64,000 bases of DNA, taken from the NCBI GenBank assembly GCA_965214095.1, contig OZ243938.1, positions 4,960,001 to 5,024,000 of the forward strand, read 5' to 3'. Each line of letters opens with the position of its first letter. Within the stretch, counting starts at the first letter, position 1. This document shows positions 40,401 to 50,002 of the stretch, piece by piece. The translations under genes were made by a program, and so were the position numbers. The stretch comes from Candidatus Poribacteria bacterium (lineage in GTDB: Bacteria > Poribacteria > WGA-4E > WGA-3G). A model generated the notes under the pieces. The model searched no databases. It was not told the DNA's origin and was given only the letters and a program-made list of their open reading frames with translations.

Positions 40401-41196
40401 ATTCCACATCCTTTGCACACCGAAACCCATAAGTGGCAAGGCGATGAAATGGTTTATCATAATATAGGTAATCCGATTCAAAATGCCTTCGGAGAGACAT
40501 CCATGCGCCACCGCGAAGGATTTTCAGTGGTCCCGGTTTTGTGCCGGTCGGTTCTGCCTCCAAACGAAAATCCTTGCCTTCATAAGCATCTGAACACCAT
40601 TGCCACACATTGCCGACAAGGTCAAATACACCAACAGGACTCACATTCTTTTCTTGAGTTCCTACAGCATAAGGTGCTAAACGAGCGCGATAATCAATCG
40701 CCTCAAAATCAAATTCATCTCCCCAAGGAAAACGCTGCTTTGTGTTGCCTTGGCAAGCCAGGGTCCACTCCGCAGCAGTCGGCAACCGTGCACCCCGCCA
40801 ATTTGAGTATGCCTCCGCCTCATACCAACTTACACCAGTCACAGGCAATTTCTTACGATTTAGGTATTCCTCATGATACGTAGATGGGACCCAGAATTCA
40901 TACTTTTCAAGGAATTCGCGCCCTTCCTTTGACCAATACTTCTTTTTCTTGTACCCGCCATCCTCAATGAACTGATTATACTGTTCATAAGTTACCAAAT
41001 GTTTGGCAATATAGAAGGTGGAAACAGTGACTGTTTCCTCGGTGTCAAAGGGGTGGACGGTGCCTCCTTCTATCTTTATCATCTCAGGTTCTGTCATCTG
41101 TTGCTCCTTGTTCAGTTCATCTTGCTGTGGACCAGGAAGTTCACATGCCGTGATAATGCTGAACATCATAAATAGTGTCACTGATATATTCTTCAT
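40399..41196 (-). CDS. FGE-sulfatase (formylglycine-generating enzyme-like) domain lipoprotein
   Basis: Lipobox ITA-C; 'PVTGVSWYEA', 'RLPTAAEW', 'DLVGNVWQW', 'RGGAW', 'GFRC'. Confidence 0.85.
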   Translation of the reverse strand: MKNISVTLFMMFSIITACELPGPQQDELNKEQQMTEPEMIKIEGGTVHPFDTEETVTVSTFYIAKHLVTYEQYNQFIEDGGYKKKKYWSKEGREFLEKYEFWVPSTYHEEYLNRKKLPVTGVSWYEAEAYSNWRGARLPTAAEWTLACQGNTKQRFPWGDEFDFEAIDYRARLAPYAVGTQEKNVSPVGVFDLVGNVWQWCSDAYEGKDFRLEAEPTGTKPGPLKILRGGAWMSLRRHFESDYLYYDKPFHRLATYGFRCAKDVE

Positions 41197-42215
41197 GGGT
41201 TCACAGCCTTGATAGGAATAGTAATCTCCGGGACATCCGGATGGGTTGTAAATATCTTGATCTCCCCCTCAACAAGTCCTGATGATGCTATGTTAGTCTT
41301 CGGAGCAATAGAAAGTTCCAGCTCATGTGAAGTTTGTGCTTCCTTTGAAAGAGATGCAGTTACTGAAAAGTTATCTGCAGATACCTTTTTCAAAGCAAAG
41401 GGGCGGCTGCCATCGGTTTTGATTTGAATCTTCTTCTGTACGCTCGGACCTGAACCATCCAAAACACCCAGAAACAAATTCTGCGGTAACACCACAATAC
41501 CACCTAACACACGCCCATGAAATTGAATAGACATCTCCAATTCCTTTGAATCGGTTCCAGGGAGTACTTCCTGTGCTTGTGCAGTAATCGTTAGTGTCTC
41601 GTTATACAAACCTACATCATTTAGCATTAAGACAACATCACATTCCATACTCTCACCTGCGGGAATGCTTTTCTTCGGTAGCGTAGCAACAATGTTTTTA
41701 TTGCTCACCGTGTGTTCGGTTATCTCAACGGTGTTTTTTAAGTTATTAGATAATTTAATCTTTTTAGAAATATCTTCTCCTTTCTCAAGTTGTCCCAATT
41801 CGATTTTTTGGGGATATGCCATAGGTGGGATAATGACTCCTGAAACTTCTAAATTCACAATTGGTTTAGCAGGATCGTCAGTAGAAACGAAGACATTCTG
41901 GCGAAAACTTCCTACGCCTCTTTCAACTACCACCCGGATTTTCCCTATATCCCCCGGAAGAATCTTATTCAAAGTGGTGTTCGTCGCAACACATCCACAA
42001 TCCGAATCTATCTTTTCAATATGCAGTGGTGCGTTGCCTTCGTTGGTAAAAGAAAAGGTCGTGGCGATCTCCGAACCAACGATAAAAGGATCTGGAAATT
42101 GATGCTCCTGGTTTGGAAAAACAACCTTCGGTTCTCTATGAGAAGTGCACCCCTGCAACAATGGAACACTACTGCACAATATTAAAAACATTAGAAATAT
42201 AGAAGTGTAATGCAT
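41193..42215 (-). CDS. DUF1573-domain Ig-like lipoprotein
   Basis: LQG-C lipobox; 'FSFTNEGNAPLHI...SDCGC...ILPG'. Confidence 0.8.
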   Translation of the reverse strand: MHYTSIFLMFLILCSSVPLLQGCTSHREPKVVFPNQEHQFPDPFIVGSEIATTFSFTNEGNAPLHIEKIDSDCGCVATNTTLNKILPGDIGKIRVVVERGVGSFRQNVFVSTDDPAKPIVNLEVSGVIIPPMAYPQKIELGQLEKGEDISKKIKLSNNLKNTVEITEHTVSNKNIVATLPKKSIPAGESMECDVVLMLNDVGLYNETLTITAQAQEVLPGTDSKELEMSIQFHGRVLGGIVVLPQNLFLGVLDGSGPSVQKKIQIKTDGSRPFALKKVSADNFSVTASLSKEAQTSHELELSIAPKTNIASSGLVEGEIKIFTTHPDVPEITIPIKAVNP

Positions 42216-42271
42216 TCAATCGATCCTTAGGCAAGTAAATATGATGTATGACTGACAACTTAGATTGCTAC

Positions 42272-43321
42272 CTACTCCTGAGTTTGCTGAGATTCTTTTC
42301 TTTTTACATCTCTGCGAAGTCTCTTGCGCATGCCTTCATCATCGGTGAGTTCTGACTCATCCCAGTCAAAGAAGTCGGTAGGAAGTCCAAGATTAAAGCC
42401 CATCTCTTTTATTGTCAATATAGTATGCGTATTCATGAATCCATCAGGACGATATTCCTTTTTTTCGCGAACTTTTGGAAAAGTAACATTTAATTCTGGA
42501 ACCCACTCAAAATCATGGGACTCTTTCAATAAAAACAACCAATATTCCTCTGTGTCTGTATGGGGCAGTTTACTCCGGAAATAAAACTCCTCTCGAAAAA
42601 TCTCGGGAAATTTGTTCTTTATTCGCACATGTAATTTAAACTTATTCTTCTTATTTGCACTAATATAGACAATGAGATAGGTAGGTTCACTAGTGTCAAC
42701 CTTCGTAAAACGAAACTCACCATTTTTTGTCTCATCTATTGGGAAACCGGGTGGAATACAGCATGCCATACTAATTTCTTGTGGAGTAGTCAGGGTTAAC
42801 CTTTCTAAATACCCTGTGTGTATATCTTTGTTAAACTGATTTGGAAGGGCTGCCCTGAAGTCTTGAGAACGATTAGAGAAAAGACCTTCTTGACGCCCAC
42901 CAACAAGAAATCGAAGATGCTTAATAGAAGGATAATTTTCAAACACATAATTCCTTTCTATCCGATATACATATTCATCCCAAGAATCACCAGGGGTTTC
43001 CTCATAGACCACTTGAAATACCATATTCCCCTCAACAAAGGCGAAATTGTCATTTGAATCTCGAAAGTTGCCATATTTTTTTTCTTTTTCAATACGGCTT
43101 AAGATTTTTTTACGGAGTCCCTCTGGATTTTGACTTTTTGGCACGTTTTCCCTCATTTGTTTTTCCCACAACGAGATTAACTTCTGCTGACCTTTACCTA
43201 CATCATCAGGATGGGTATGGTCCTTTTGATATAATATATATTGTATCTCGCCATCTTGGATGAGGGTTTGGTAGAAGTTCAAAAGTTGAAATACTGTTTT
43301 CGCATCCATTTCACTCTCCAC
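42272..43321 (-). CDS. Hypothetical protein, paralogue C (possible LolA-like fold); signal peptide frameshifted
   Basis: Shares 'LLNF...IQDGEI', 'YPSxxHLRF', 'PExFxEEFY' and 'IKEMxFNLGLP..FF' with the two upstream ORFs. Confidence 0.65.
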   Translation of the reverse strand: MESEMDAKTVFQLLNFYQTLIQDGEIQYILYQKDHTHPDDVGKGQQKLISLWEKQMRENVPKSQNPEGLRKKILSRIEKEKKYGNFRDSNDNFAFVEGNMVFQVVYEETPGDSWDEYVYRIERNYVFENYPSIKHLRFLVGGRQEGLFSNRSQDFRAALPNQFNKDIHTGYLERLTLTTPQEISMACCIPPGFPIDETKNGEFRFTKVDTSEPTYLIVYISANKKNKFKLHVRIKNKFPEIFREEFYFRSKLPHTDTEEYWLFLLKESHDFEWVPELNVTFPKVREKKEYRPDGFMNTHTILTIKEMGFNLGLPTDFFDWDESELTDDEGMRKRLRRDVKRKESQQTQE

Positions 43322-43414
43322 TGCTCTGATACCGAATAAGAAAATTATTATTCCTATATGGTAAGCAAGAAATTTTATAAGATATTCTTTTATAAAAAAT
43401 AACAGAAAACATCC

Positions 43415-44497
43415 TCATTCTGTCGTTTCCTTATCTGTTTCCTCTTTCTGAGTTTTATCACGAATCGGCATCTGTCTGCCTTCATCATCACTAAGGTCTG
43501 ACAAATCACAATTGAAGAAATTGTGAGGAAGCCCAAGATTAAAGTCCATCTCTTTAATCGTAATTACAGTGTGCCGCCGCATAAAACTATTAGCACCACT
43601 AAACTCCTTTTCCTCACGAACTTTCGGAACAGCTATGTTTAATCTCTCAATCTGCTCAAAATCGCTGTATGTCTTTACTAATTGTAAAAAATACCCTTCA
43701 GTATTGGCGCGCGGTGATGTACTCTTATAGTAGAACTCTTCCTTGAATACCTCAGGGAACTTGTCCTCTATACGCACATATATTTTCACCTTCAGATGTG
43801 CATCAGGACGATAATCGGTTATGACATAAATCGGCACATTGCGGGTGTCAATCTCTGTTAAATGTACCTTAGCTTGTGTTTCATCAATCGCCAAGAAAGG
43901 TGGTTGATGTGATGCCATTACTTCAATTGAATTAGAATACTCCCATTTTTCTAAAAAACCAATAAGTCTAATATTGGAAAACTGATTCGGTGCCTCACGT
44001 ATGAGCGTTTGGAAACCGTTAGAAAAGAAATGACGTAAATTGCCGCCATTAAGGAAGCGAAGATGTTTAAGAGACGGATAATCATCAAATAGGTACGCAT
44101 GTTCTATTCGATACATTAGTTGGGTCTCAAATTGTCCCTTAGATAACAAATCCTGGAACACTAGGTTGGACTCTAAAAAAAGGCAGTTCTTTTCCGATTC
44201 TCGAAACCAACCATATCTTTTTTCCTCTTCAAGATGTTTTAAAATCTCTTTTCGAAGTGCCTCTGGATTCTCACTTTTAGGCGGATTTTCGCGTAGCTGT
44301 CTTTCCCAATTATTGATCAATCTACGGTGTGCTATTCCTACTTCATCTGGATGGGTAGGATATTGTTGATATAAAAGAAATTTTATCTCACCATCTTGGA
44401 TAAGGTTCCGAGAAAAGTTCAAAAGTTGAATGAGTGTTTTTGGTTCCATTTGACTTACCTGTTCTGAATATACTCCCCTTATAAGTACACATAGCAA
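43415..44497 (-). CDS. Hypothetical protein, paralogue B; signal peptide frameshifted
   Basis: Same motifs as paralogues A and C; ATG at 44534 is one base out of frame. Confidence 0.65.
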   Translation of the reverse strand: MLCVLIRGVYSEQVSQMEPKTLIQLLNFSRNLIQDGEIKFLLYQQYPTHPDEVGIAHRRLINNWERQLRENPPKSENPEALRKEILKHLEEEKRYGWFRESEKNCLFLESNLVFQDLLSKGQFETQLMYRIEHAYLFDDYPSLKHLRFLNGGNLRHFFSNGFQTLIREAPNQFSNIRLIGFLEKWEYSNSIEVMASHQPPFLAIDETQAKVHLTEIDTRNVPIYVITDYRPDAHLKVKIYVRIEDKFPEVFKEEFYYKSTSPRANTEGYFLQLVKTYSDFEQIERLNIAVPKVREEKEFSGANSFMRRHTVITIKEMDFNLGLPHNFFNCDLSDLSDDEGRQMPIRDKTQKEETDKETTE

Positions 44498-44687
44498 AAA
44501 ATGATGTAAAAAAGAAGTGGCAAAGAAATCTCATAAAATGTCCCTTAAATCTAAAACACCTTGCACTGTGAGTGCTCGCGCATTTTGGAAACAATACGCG
44601 AGCACATCTCACCACTAAAACAAAACAATACTCCAACACACGCGGCATAGACGTTACTCATCTTCTTAAGGGACAAGGTTGTAGTTA

Positions 44688-45027
44688 CTATAAAGAATCC
44701 ACCACTGTATCACTACAATATTTGACTAATTTTGAAGTTGCACCATCTATGTCCCTTTCACAACTACTTGTACCATCAGCCGAAACAACTATTTTACATT
44801 TTAGGGTGCCATAATAATGGGTTAAATTCTCTTCGTAACATGTAGTCCCAGTTGATTTGACTATACAGCCCTCCGATTCTGATTCTATTTTTGATGAATG
44901 GATCGGGAAATTGTTTCTCCCGTTTTGGAAAAACGACTTTAGGATCGTGATTAGAAGTGCATCCTTGCAACAATGAAACACTGCTACATAACAAAAAAGA
45001 CATTAGAAATATAGAAAGGAAATGCAT
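44688..45027 (-). pseudogene. Truncated duplicate of the DUF1573 lipoprotein N-terminus joined to a Cys-rich coding remnant
   Basis: 'MHFLSIFLMSFLLCSSVSLLQGCTSNHDPKVVFP...QFPDPFI' aligns with the start of 41193-42215, then similarity stops abruptly. Confidence 0.6.
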
Positions 45028-45031
45028 TCAT

Positions 45032-46118
45032 TTACTCCTTCACTCCAGAGGCAGAATAACCTTCCAGAGGCAGAATAACCTTATACCTCCCATCATCCGT
45101 GGAGAGATCCGTCTCGTTCCAATCAAAAAAGTCCTGAGGAAAATCAAGATTGAAGTCCCACTCCTTTATGACGGCAATCTGACGACGATACATAAACCCA
45201 TCCGGGGTAAACTGTTGCTGTTCAATCACTTTCGGCATCCTGATATTTAAGGATTCAATCTGCTCAAAATCACGATATAGTCTTACCCAACTTAAATAGA
45301 GCGTCTGATCCCCTGGATTAGACGAGTCCTTTGTCCTACCAAAATAAGACGCGCGCGATTTAAAATTTTCCTCGCGGAAAACCTCTGGTAAACCATCTAT
45401 AAGTCTAACATGAAGTATATTATATGTTTCCTTATTAAATCTGCTGATGAGATACACAGGCATCCCCACACTATCTTTTATAAGTTCCACTTCCGATTTC
45501 GCAGGATCAATAGAAATAACAGGCCCCGGTATGGTAAGCAGCACAGTGAGTTGGGGCATACAAGCATCTGCAGGTCTATCTAACTCACGACCTTGCAAAG
45601 AACCCACATGCGACTTATTACTAATATGCCCCGGAAAAAGTCCCTCAATCTGTTTAACACCATTTGAAAAATGATAGTATTGACCACCACCACCATAGAA
45701 ACGCAAAGAACCGAGAGAAGGATACTTTTCAAATTGGGAGATAACTTCCAAACGATAAATAGTTGTTCCTCTAAGGACGAGTCCACCTTGAAACACGATG
45801 TTACCTTCCACAAACAGAAACCAATCATTTGAATCTTCTAAAGCACCATACTTTTTTTGCAACTCAATCTGCTCCAAAATCGCTTTTCGAAGAGCTTCTG
45901 GATCATCATCTTTCGGTGGTTCCTCACGCAGTTGCATCTTCAAGTCTTCAAGAACTTCACGATGTGCTACACCCACTTCATCTTCCTGCATAAAATCTTG
46001 GTCATAATAGAGAAACTTCATCTCTCCATTTTGAATGTGTGTCTTAGAATAATTCAAAAGTTTTATCAATGTGTTAGATTCCATCTCAGACCCCCTGTTG
46101 GAATACCGGATAGCAAAA
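45032..46118 (-). CDS. Hypothetical protein, paralogue A; 5' end disrupted by an IS remnant
   Basis: Same family motifs; 19-bp tandem duplication at 45044-45081 near the 3' end. Confidence 0.6.
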
Positions 46119-46761
46119 CAATACCTTCGCCAAAAACAGTTGAATAAATCGGGCAAATTTCCTAAAGTTATAAAAAAACAATCAATAACTTTGAAAGGAC
46201 AATCGCCCATGCAAGTAATTATAGCACTTCTTTCAGTTCTTAATCTATCTATATCTAAAACAGCGATCCGTCAGTTATGTCAAGTTGTCCTTGCACTGCT
46301 TGCGATGACAGGACGGGTCACCATGTTAAATATCTCTCGTTGGACTTCAAAAGGAGGTAGTTACCGCACTATTCAACGCTTTTTCAATACGGTGTTGCCT
46401 TGGTCGGCAATGTGCAGGGCGTTTTTGCAAACACTTGCTTGATCCTGATAGCGTTCATATCTTAGTAGGCGACGAAGTCGTTAGAAACAAAGATGGCAAA
46501 TGCACCTATGGTTTATCGCGCTTTTTTTTCATTGCATGGGAAAAGCATTCTCGGCTTATCGTTTTTAGCCATATCCTTGGTCAGTGTCCCTCGGCGGCGT
46601 TCCTACCCGATGACTATTGAACAAATCGTTCGGTGTGAAATATCTTCAAATCCTAGTGCTTCTCCGATCCACGAAACAGCAGGCACACGTCTTATTGTTC
46701 AGTTCTGATTTAGCACTTGACGCAGAAAAAATGATAGACTATTATTCTATACCTTCGCCAA
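46119..46761 (+). pseudogene. Degenerate DDE transposase (IS4/IS701-like) remnant
   Basis: 'MTGRVTMLNISRWTSKGGSYRTIQRFF', 'VGDEVVRNKDGKCTYG' and 'HVLLFSSDL' are spread over several frames; ATACCTTCGCCAA end-like motif at 46121 and 46749. Confidence 0.7.
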
Positions 46762-46854
46762 TAATAGACATTCTGCCAAATTGTGCGTCCAATCTATTCA
46801 GTCAGATTGCGGTCCAGCCATTTCTATTGTCAAATTAGGATCTATGATAATTAA

Positions 46855-47154
46855 ACTATAGTTTGGACAATTTCTCTCGGTTGCATACTGATATTTCTAG
46901 CATTTTCAACATTTTGTGAGTTTTCAATAGGATAATAACTTGACGAAAAAGAGTTAGAATATCTAAATGTGCAGCCCCAGCGGGGCGAAATGTGTATAGA
47001 AAAATGTGCCCCGACCAATGCAAGCCCCAGCGGGGCAGCATGCGCGTGTGGCATGCTGCATGAGGTGTATCATTGAAGAAATAGGTCCGATGACTGTGAT
47101 GCTCCTTATCCAGAGCACTGTCCAAGTCCTTAAATAAACTGTCCAAACTATAGT
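46855..47154. mobile_element. MITE with ACTATAGTTTGGAC TIRs (uninterrupted allele of 12727-13182)
   Basis: TIRs at both ends; internal sequence collinear with the copy at 12727. Confidence 0.75.
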
Positions 47155-47236
47155 AGTTTTAAGGATTCATCCTTATTTAGGTTAACGGACTGTTAAATCA
47201 CTGAATCGGTCTCATCACTGAATATATTGATGCTTG

Positions 47237-47629
47237 GCTGAACCAGGATTTTCAGGATGGACAGATGGACACATCAACGGTCCGAATGCCTTTTGCCATT
47301 CCCCGGAATAAGAAGCTGAAACATCAAAGTGCCATTCAGACAATAAACGTCAAACCGGAAATAGGAACTTTGCAGAGCCAAACTCACAATCCTGGAAATC
47401 TACTAATCCTGAAAATCCTGGTTCAGACAAATAGGTGGACAAACACATAATAAATGTTTCAGACAATAAACGTCAAACTGGGAATAGGAACTTTGCAGAG
47501 CCAAACTCACAATCCTGGAAATCTACTAATCCTGAAAATCCTGGTTCAGACAAATAGGAAGACAAACACATAATAAATGTTAACGAATGTGAGAAAGTCC
47601 GACCAAAATACCGAAAACTAAATAACCCT
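47237..47629. repeat. AATCCTGAAAATCCTGGTTCAGACAA repeat family with a roughly 124-bp tandem duplication
   Basis: Inverted copy at about 47238, direct copies at about 47405 and 47529; further copies at about 49939 and 57818. Confidence 0.7.
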
Positions 47630-47711
47630 GCTCAGTAGCAAACGATACTTGACAAAAATAACTGTATCGGGTAAAGTATCACAAATCCTGATGTTGATAC
47701 TGGAGGAGAAG

Positions 47712-48971
47712 ATGTCAGAACGTTTAGCTGTAGATGGTGGAACACCCGTCATCACAGAACCGATTCCTGGTGGGATGCATGGACCGAGTGTCATAGATGA
47801 ACGTGAGATTGACGCTGTGACAGAGGTCCTAAGAAGCGGGAAACTCTTTCGATTTGTGGAAGGTTCAAATGTCGCTGCTTTTGAGCAAGAAGCTGCAGCA
47901 CGGCTTGGTGTCAATCACGCTTTGATGGTGAATTCTGGCACATCGGCAATTATTTGTGCACTGACTGGCGTAGGCGTAGGTCCAGGCGATGAGGTGATAC
48001 TACCCGGATACACCTTTATAGCAACTGCAGCGGCAATCGTCGGTGTTGGCGCGATTCCTGTCATTGCAGAAATTGACGATTCACTCGGATTAGATCCCGC
48101 AGATGTAGAACGGAAAATTACACCACATACCAAAGCGATATTACCCGTTCACATGCAGGGGGTGCCGTGCAAACTTGAGGAACTTATTACTATTGCAAAG
48201 AAGCATGATCTCAAAGTTGTTGAAGACTGCTGTCAATGTGTCGGTGGTCAATACAACGGAAAATATGCTGGCACGTGGGGTGATGCCGGCGCATGGAGTC
48301 TCAACTACTTCAAGGTGATCACTTGTGGTGAAGGTGGGTTGGTCTTTTCGGATGATTACGACACTTATGAACGGGCAGCATTTGCTTCTGAACCGGGGTT
48401 ACCGATGTGGATGAGCGATTCTGAATGGAAGAACAAACCGTTTTCGTGCCAAACATATCGTCCAGGTGAAATATTAGGTGCAATCGCACGCGTACAACTT
48501 TCCAAACTGGACAATATTATCGGACATACACGTTTGCTCAAAAAGGCGTTTATTGCTGAACTATCGGATGAACCGAAAGGATATATCCGTCAGCACGTGG
48601 ACGATCCCAGTGGTGAGTGTGGTATTAGTGCAGCGATTATCGTGAGGGATGTCGAACTCGCAAAAAAATATACAGAAGCACTCAGATCAGAAGGACTTGG
48701 TGCTGGCACTGCTTACAACGAAGGCTTTCCTGACAGACATATTTATACCTATTGGGATTCCATTCTGGATAAACATTCACCGAATGCTGCAGGCTATCCG
48801 TGGAGTGATCCTCGTTATACAGGTAATGTTGAATATTCGCGAGATATGTGTCCTGAAACGCTTTCTATCCTCGGTCGCGCCTTACGATTCGGATTTAATG
48901 TCAATATGCAGGAGGACCATGCTAGGTTAATGGCAGCTGCTATCAATAAAGTTGATGATGCTCTTGGATAG
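47712..48971 (+). CDS. DegT/DnrJ/EryC1/StrS PLP-dependent aminotransferase
   Basis: 'VNSGTSA', 'GPGDEVI', 'VVEDCCQ', 'SLNYFKVITCGEGG'; GGAGG RBS; TTGACA-17-TAAAGT upstream. Confidence 0.92.
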   Translation: MSERLAVDGGTPVITEPIPGGMHGPSVIDEREIDAVTEVLRSGKLFRFVEGSNVAAFEQEAAARLGVNHALMVNSGTSAIICALTGVGVGPGDEVILPGYTFIATAAAIVGVGAIPVIAEIDDSLGLDPADVERKITPHTKAILPVHMQGVPCKLEELITIAKKHDLKVVEDCCQCVGGQYNGKYAGTWGDAGAWSLNYFKVITCGEGGLVFSDDYDTYERAAFASEPGLPMWMSDSEWKNKPFSCQTYRPGEILGAIARVQLSKLDNIIGHTRLLKKAFIAELSDEPKGYIRQHVDDPSGECGISAAIIVRDVELAKKYTEALRSEGLGAGTAYNEGFPDRHIYTYWDSILDKHSPNAAGYPWSDPRYTGNVEYSRDMCPETLSILGRALRFGFNVNMQEDHARLMAAAINKVDDALG

Positions 48972-49027
48972 TGTCATCAACTATTCTCGTTCTGTTTTCC
49001 ATTGTGTGATGAAAGGATTCTCAGTTA

Positions 49028-49822
49028 ATGAAGATAACAATATTAGGTTCAGGCACTTCCACAGGTGTTCCTGAGTATAAGTGTGAATGCGAAACTTGTC
49101 AAGATTCAATGCAGGTCGGCTCAAAAAACTACCGCACGCGTTCGTCTGTCCATATTCAAAAGGATGGTAAAAATCTGCAATTTGACCTCGGTCCAAACTT
49201 TATGGATCAAATCAATCGCAACAAGATTGAATGGATAGATGCTGTCATCTTTACACACTGCCATGCAGATCATATCAGCGGAACAAACGATATTGTGATG
49301 CCGTGCAGAAAACAACAAATGGATATGCCGATCTATGGACCTGCACAAACACTCGATATTTTGCAACGAAACTACGATTATATGTTCACAAAAGAAACGT
49401 TTCAAGGCGGTGGTGTTGGACATCTGTTACCGAATGCAGTTGATGGCAGGTTTGAATTACACGGATTTGACATCACACCTATCCCTGTAGATCATGGGAA
49501 CGTTGATACGAATGGGTATCGTATAGACAACTTTGGATATATACCCGATGTAAAACAGCTGCCAGAAACATCGCAAGCGTTACTTGAAGGGATTGAGGTG
49601 TTGGTCATTGATGCGTTGAGTTTCAATCCGGGACATCCAACCCATCAATCAGTGGGACAAGCACTGGAGATTAGTGCTGTGTTGCAACCAAAAGAGACCT
49701 ATTTTACACATATTATGCATAGACTTGATCATCGGTATTTCAAGGATCAATGCGCGGAGCAGAACATTGATCTTCCTGATAATGCCTACTTAGCCTATGA
49801 TGGTCAGGTGATTGATTTGTAA
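49028..49822 (+). CDS. MBL-fold metallo-hydrolase (PhnP-like)
   Basis: 'LGSGTSTGVP..CECETC', 'THCHADHISG', 'HPTH', 'LAYDG'. Confidence 0.88.
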   Translation: MKITILGSGTSTGVPEYKCECETCQDSMQVGSKNYRTRSSVHIQKDGKNLQFDLGPNFMDQINRNKIEWIDAVIFTHCHADHISGTNDIVMPCRKQQMDMPIYGPAQTLDILQRNYDYMFTKETFQGGGVGHLLPNAVDGRFELHGFDITPIPVDHGNVDTNGYRIDNFGYIPDVKQLPETSQALLEGIEVLVIDALSFNPGHPTHQSVGQALEISAVLQPKETYFTHIMHRLDHRYFKDQCAEQNIDLPDNAYLAYDGQVIDL

Positions 49823-50002
49823 TGATGGCTTTTGTTGGAGGGATCTGAAACCCCGATTGTTGTTTTTACCAACATCGGTGCAGCTAATCTTATCAATAGT
49901 ACTTTGAAACTTCAGATCCATACTCCTGAAAATCTACTAATCCTGAAAATCCTGGTTCAGACAAAAGGAATTTCACTACATTGACGCTTAAGAATACGTT
50001 TC

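Noticed and set aside
41193-46210. Diversity-generating retroelement or shufflon behind the paralogue array
   Set aside because: No reverse transcriptase or recombinase, and no adenine-specific TR/VR pair; the paralogues diverge throughout their length.
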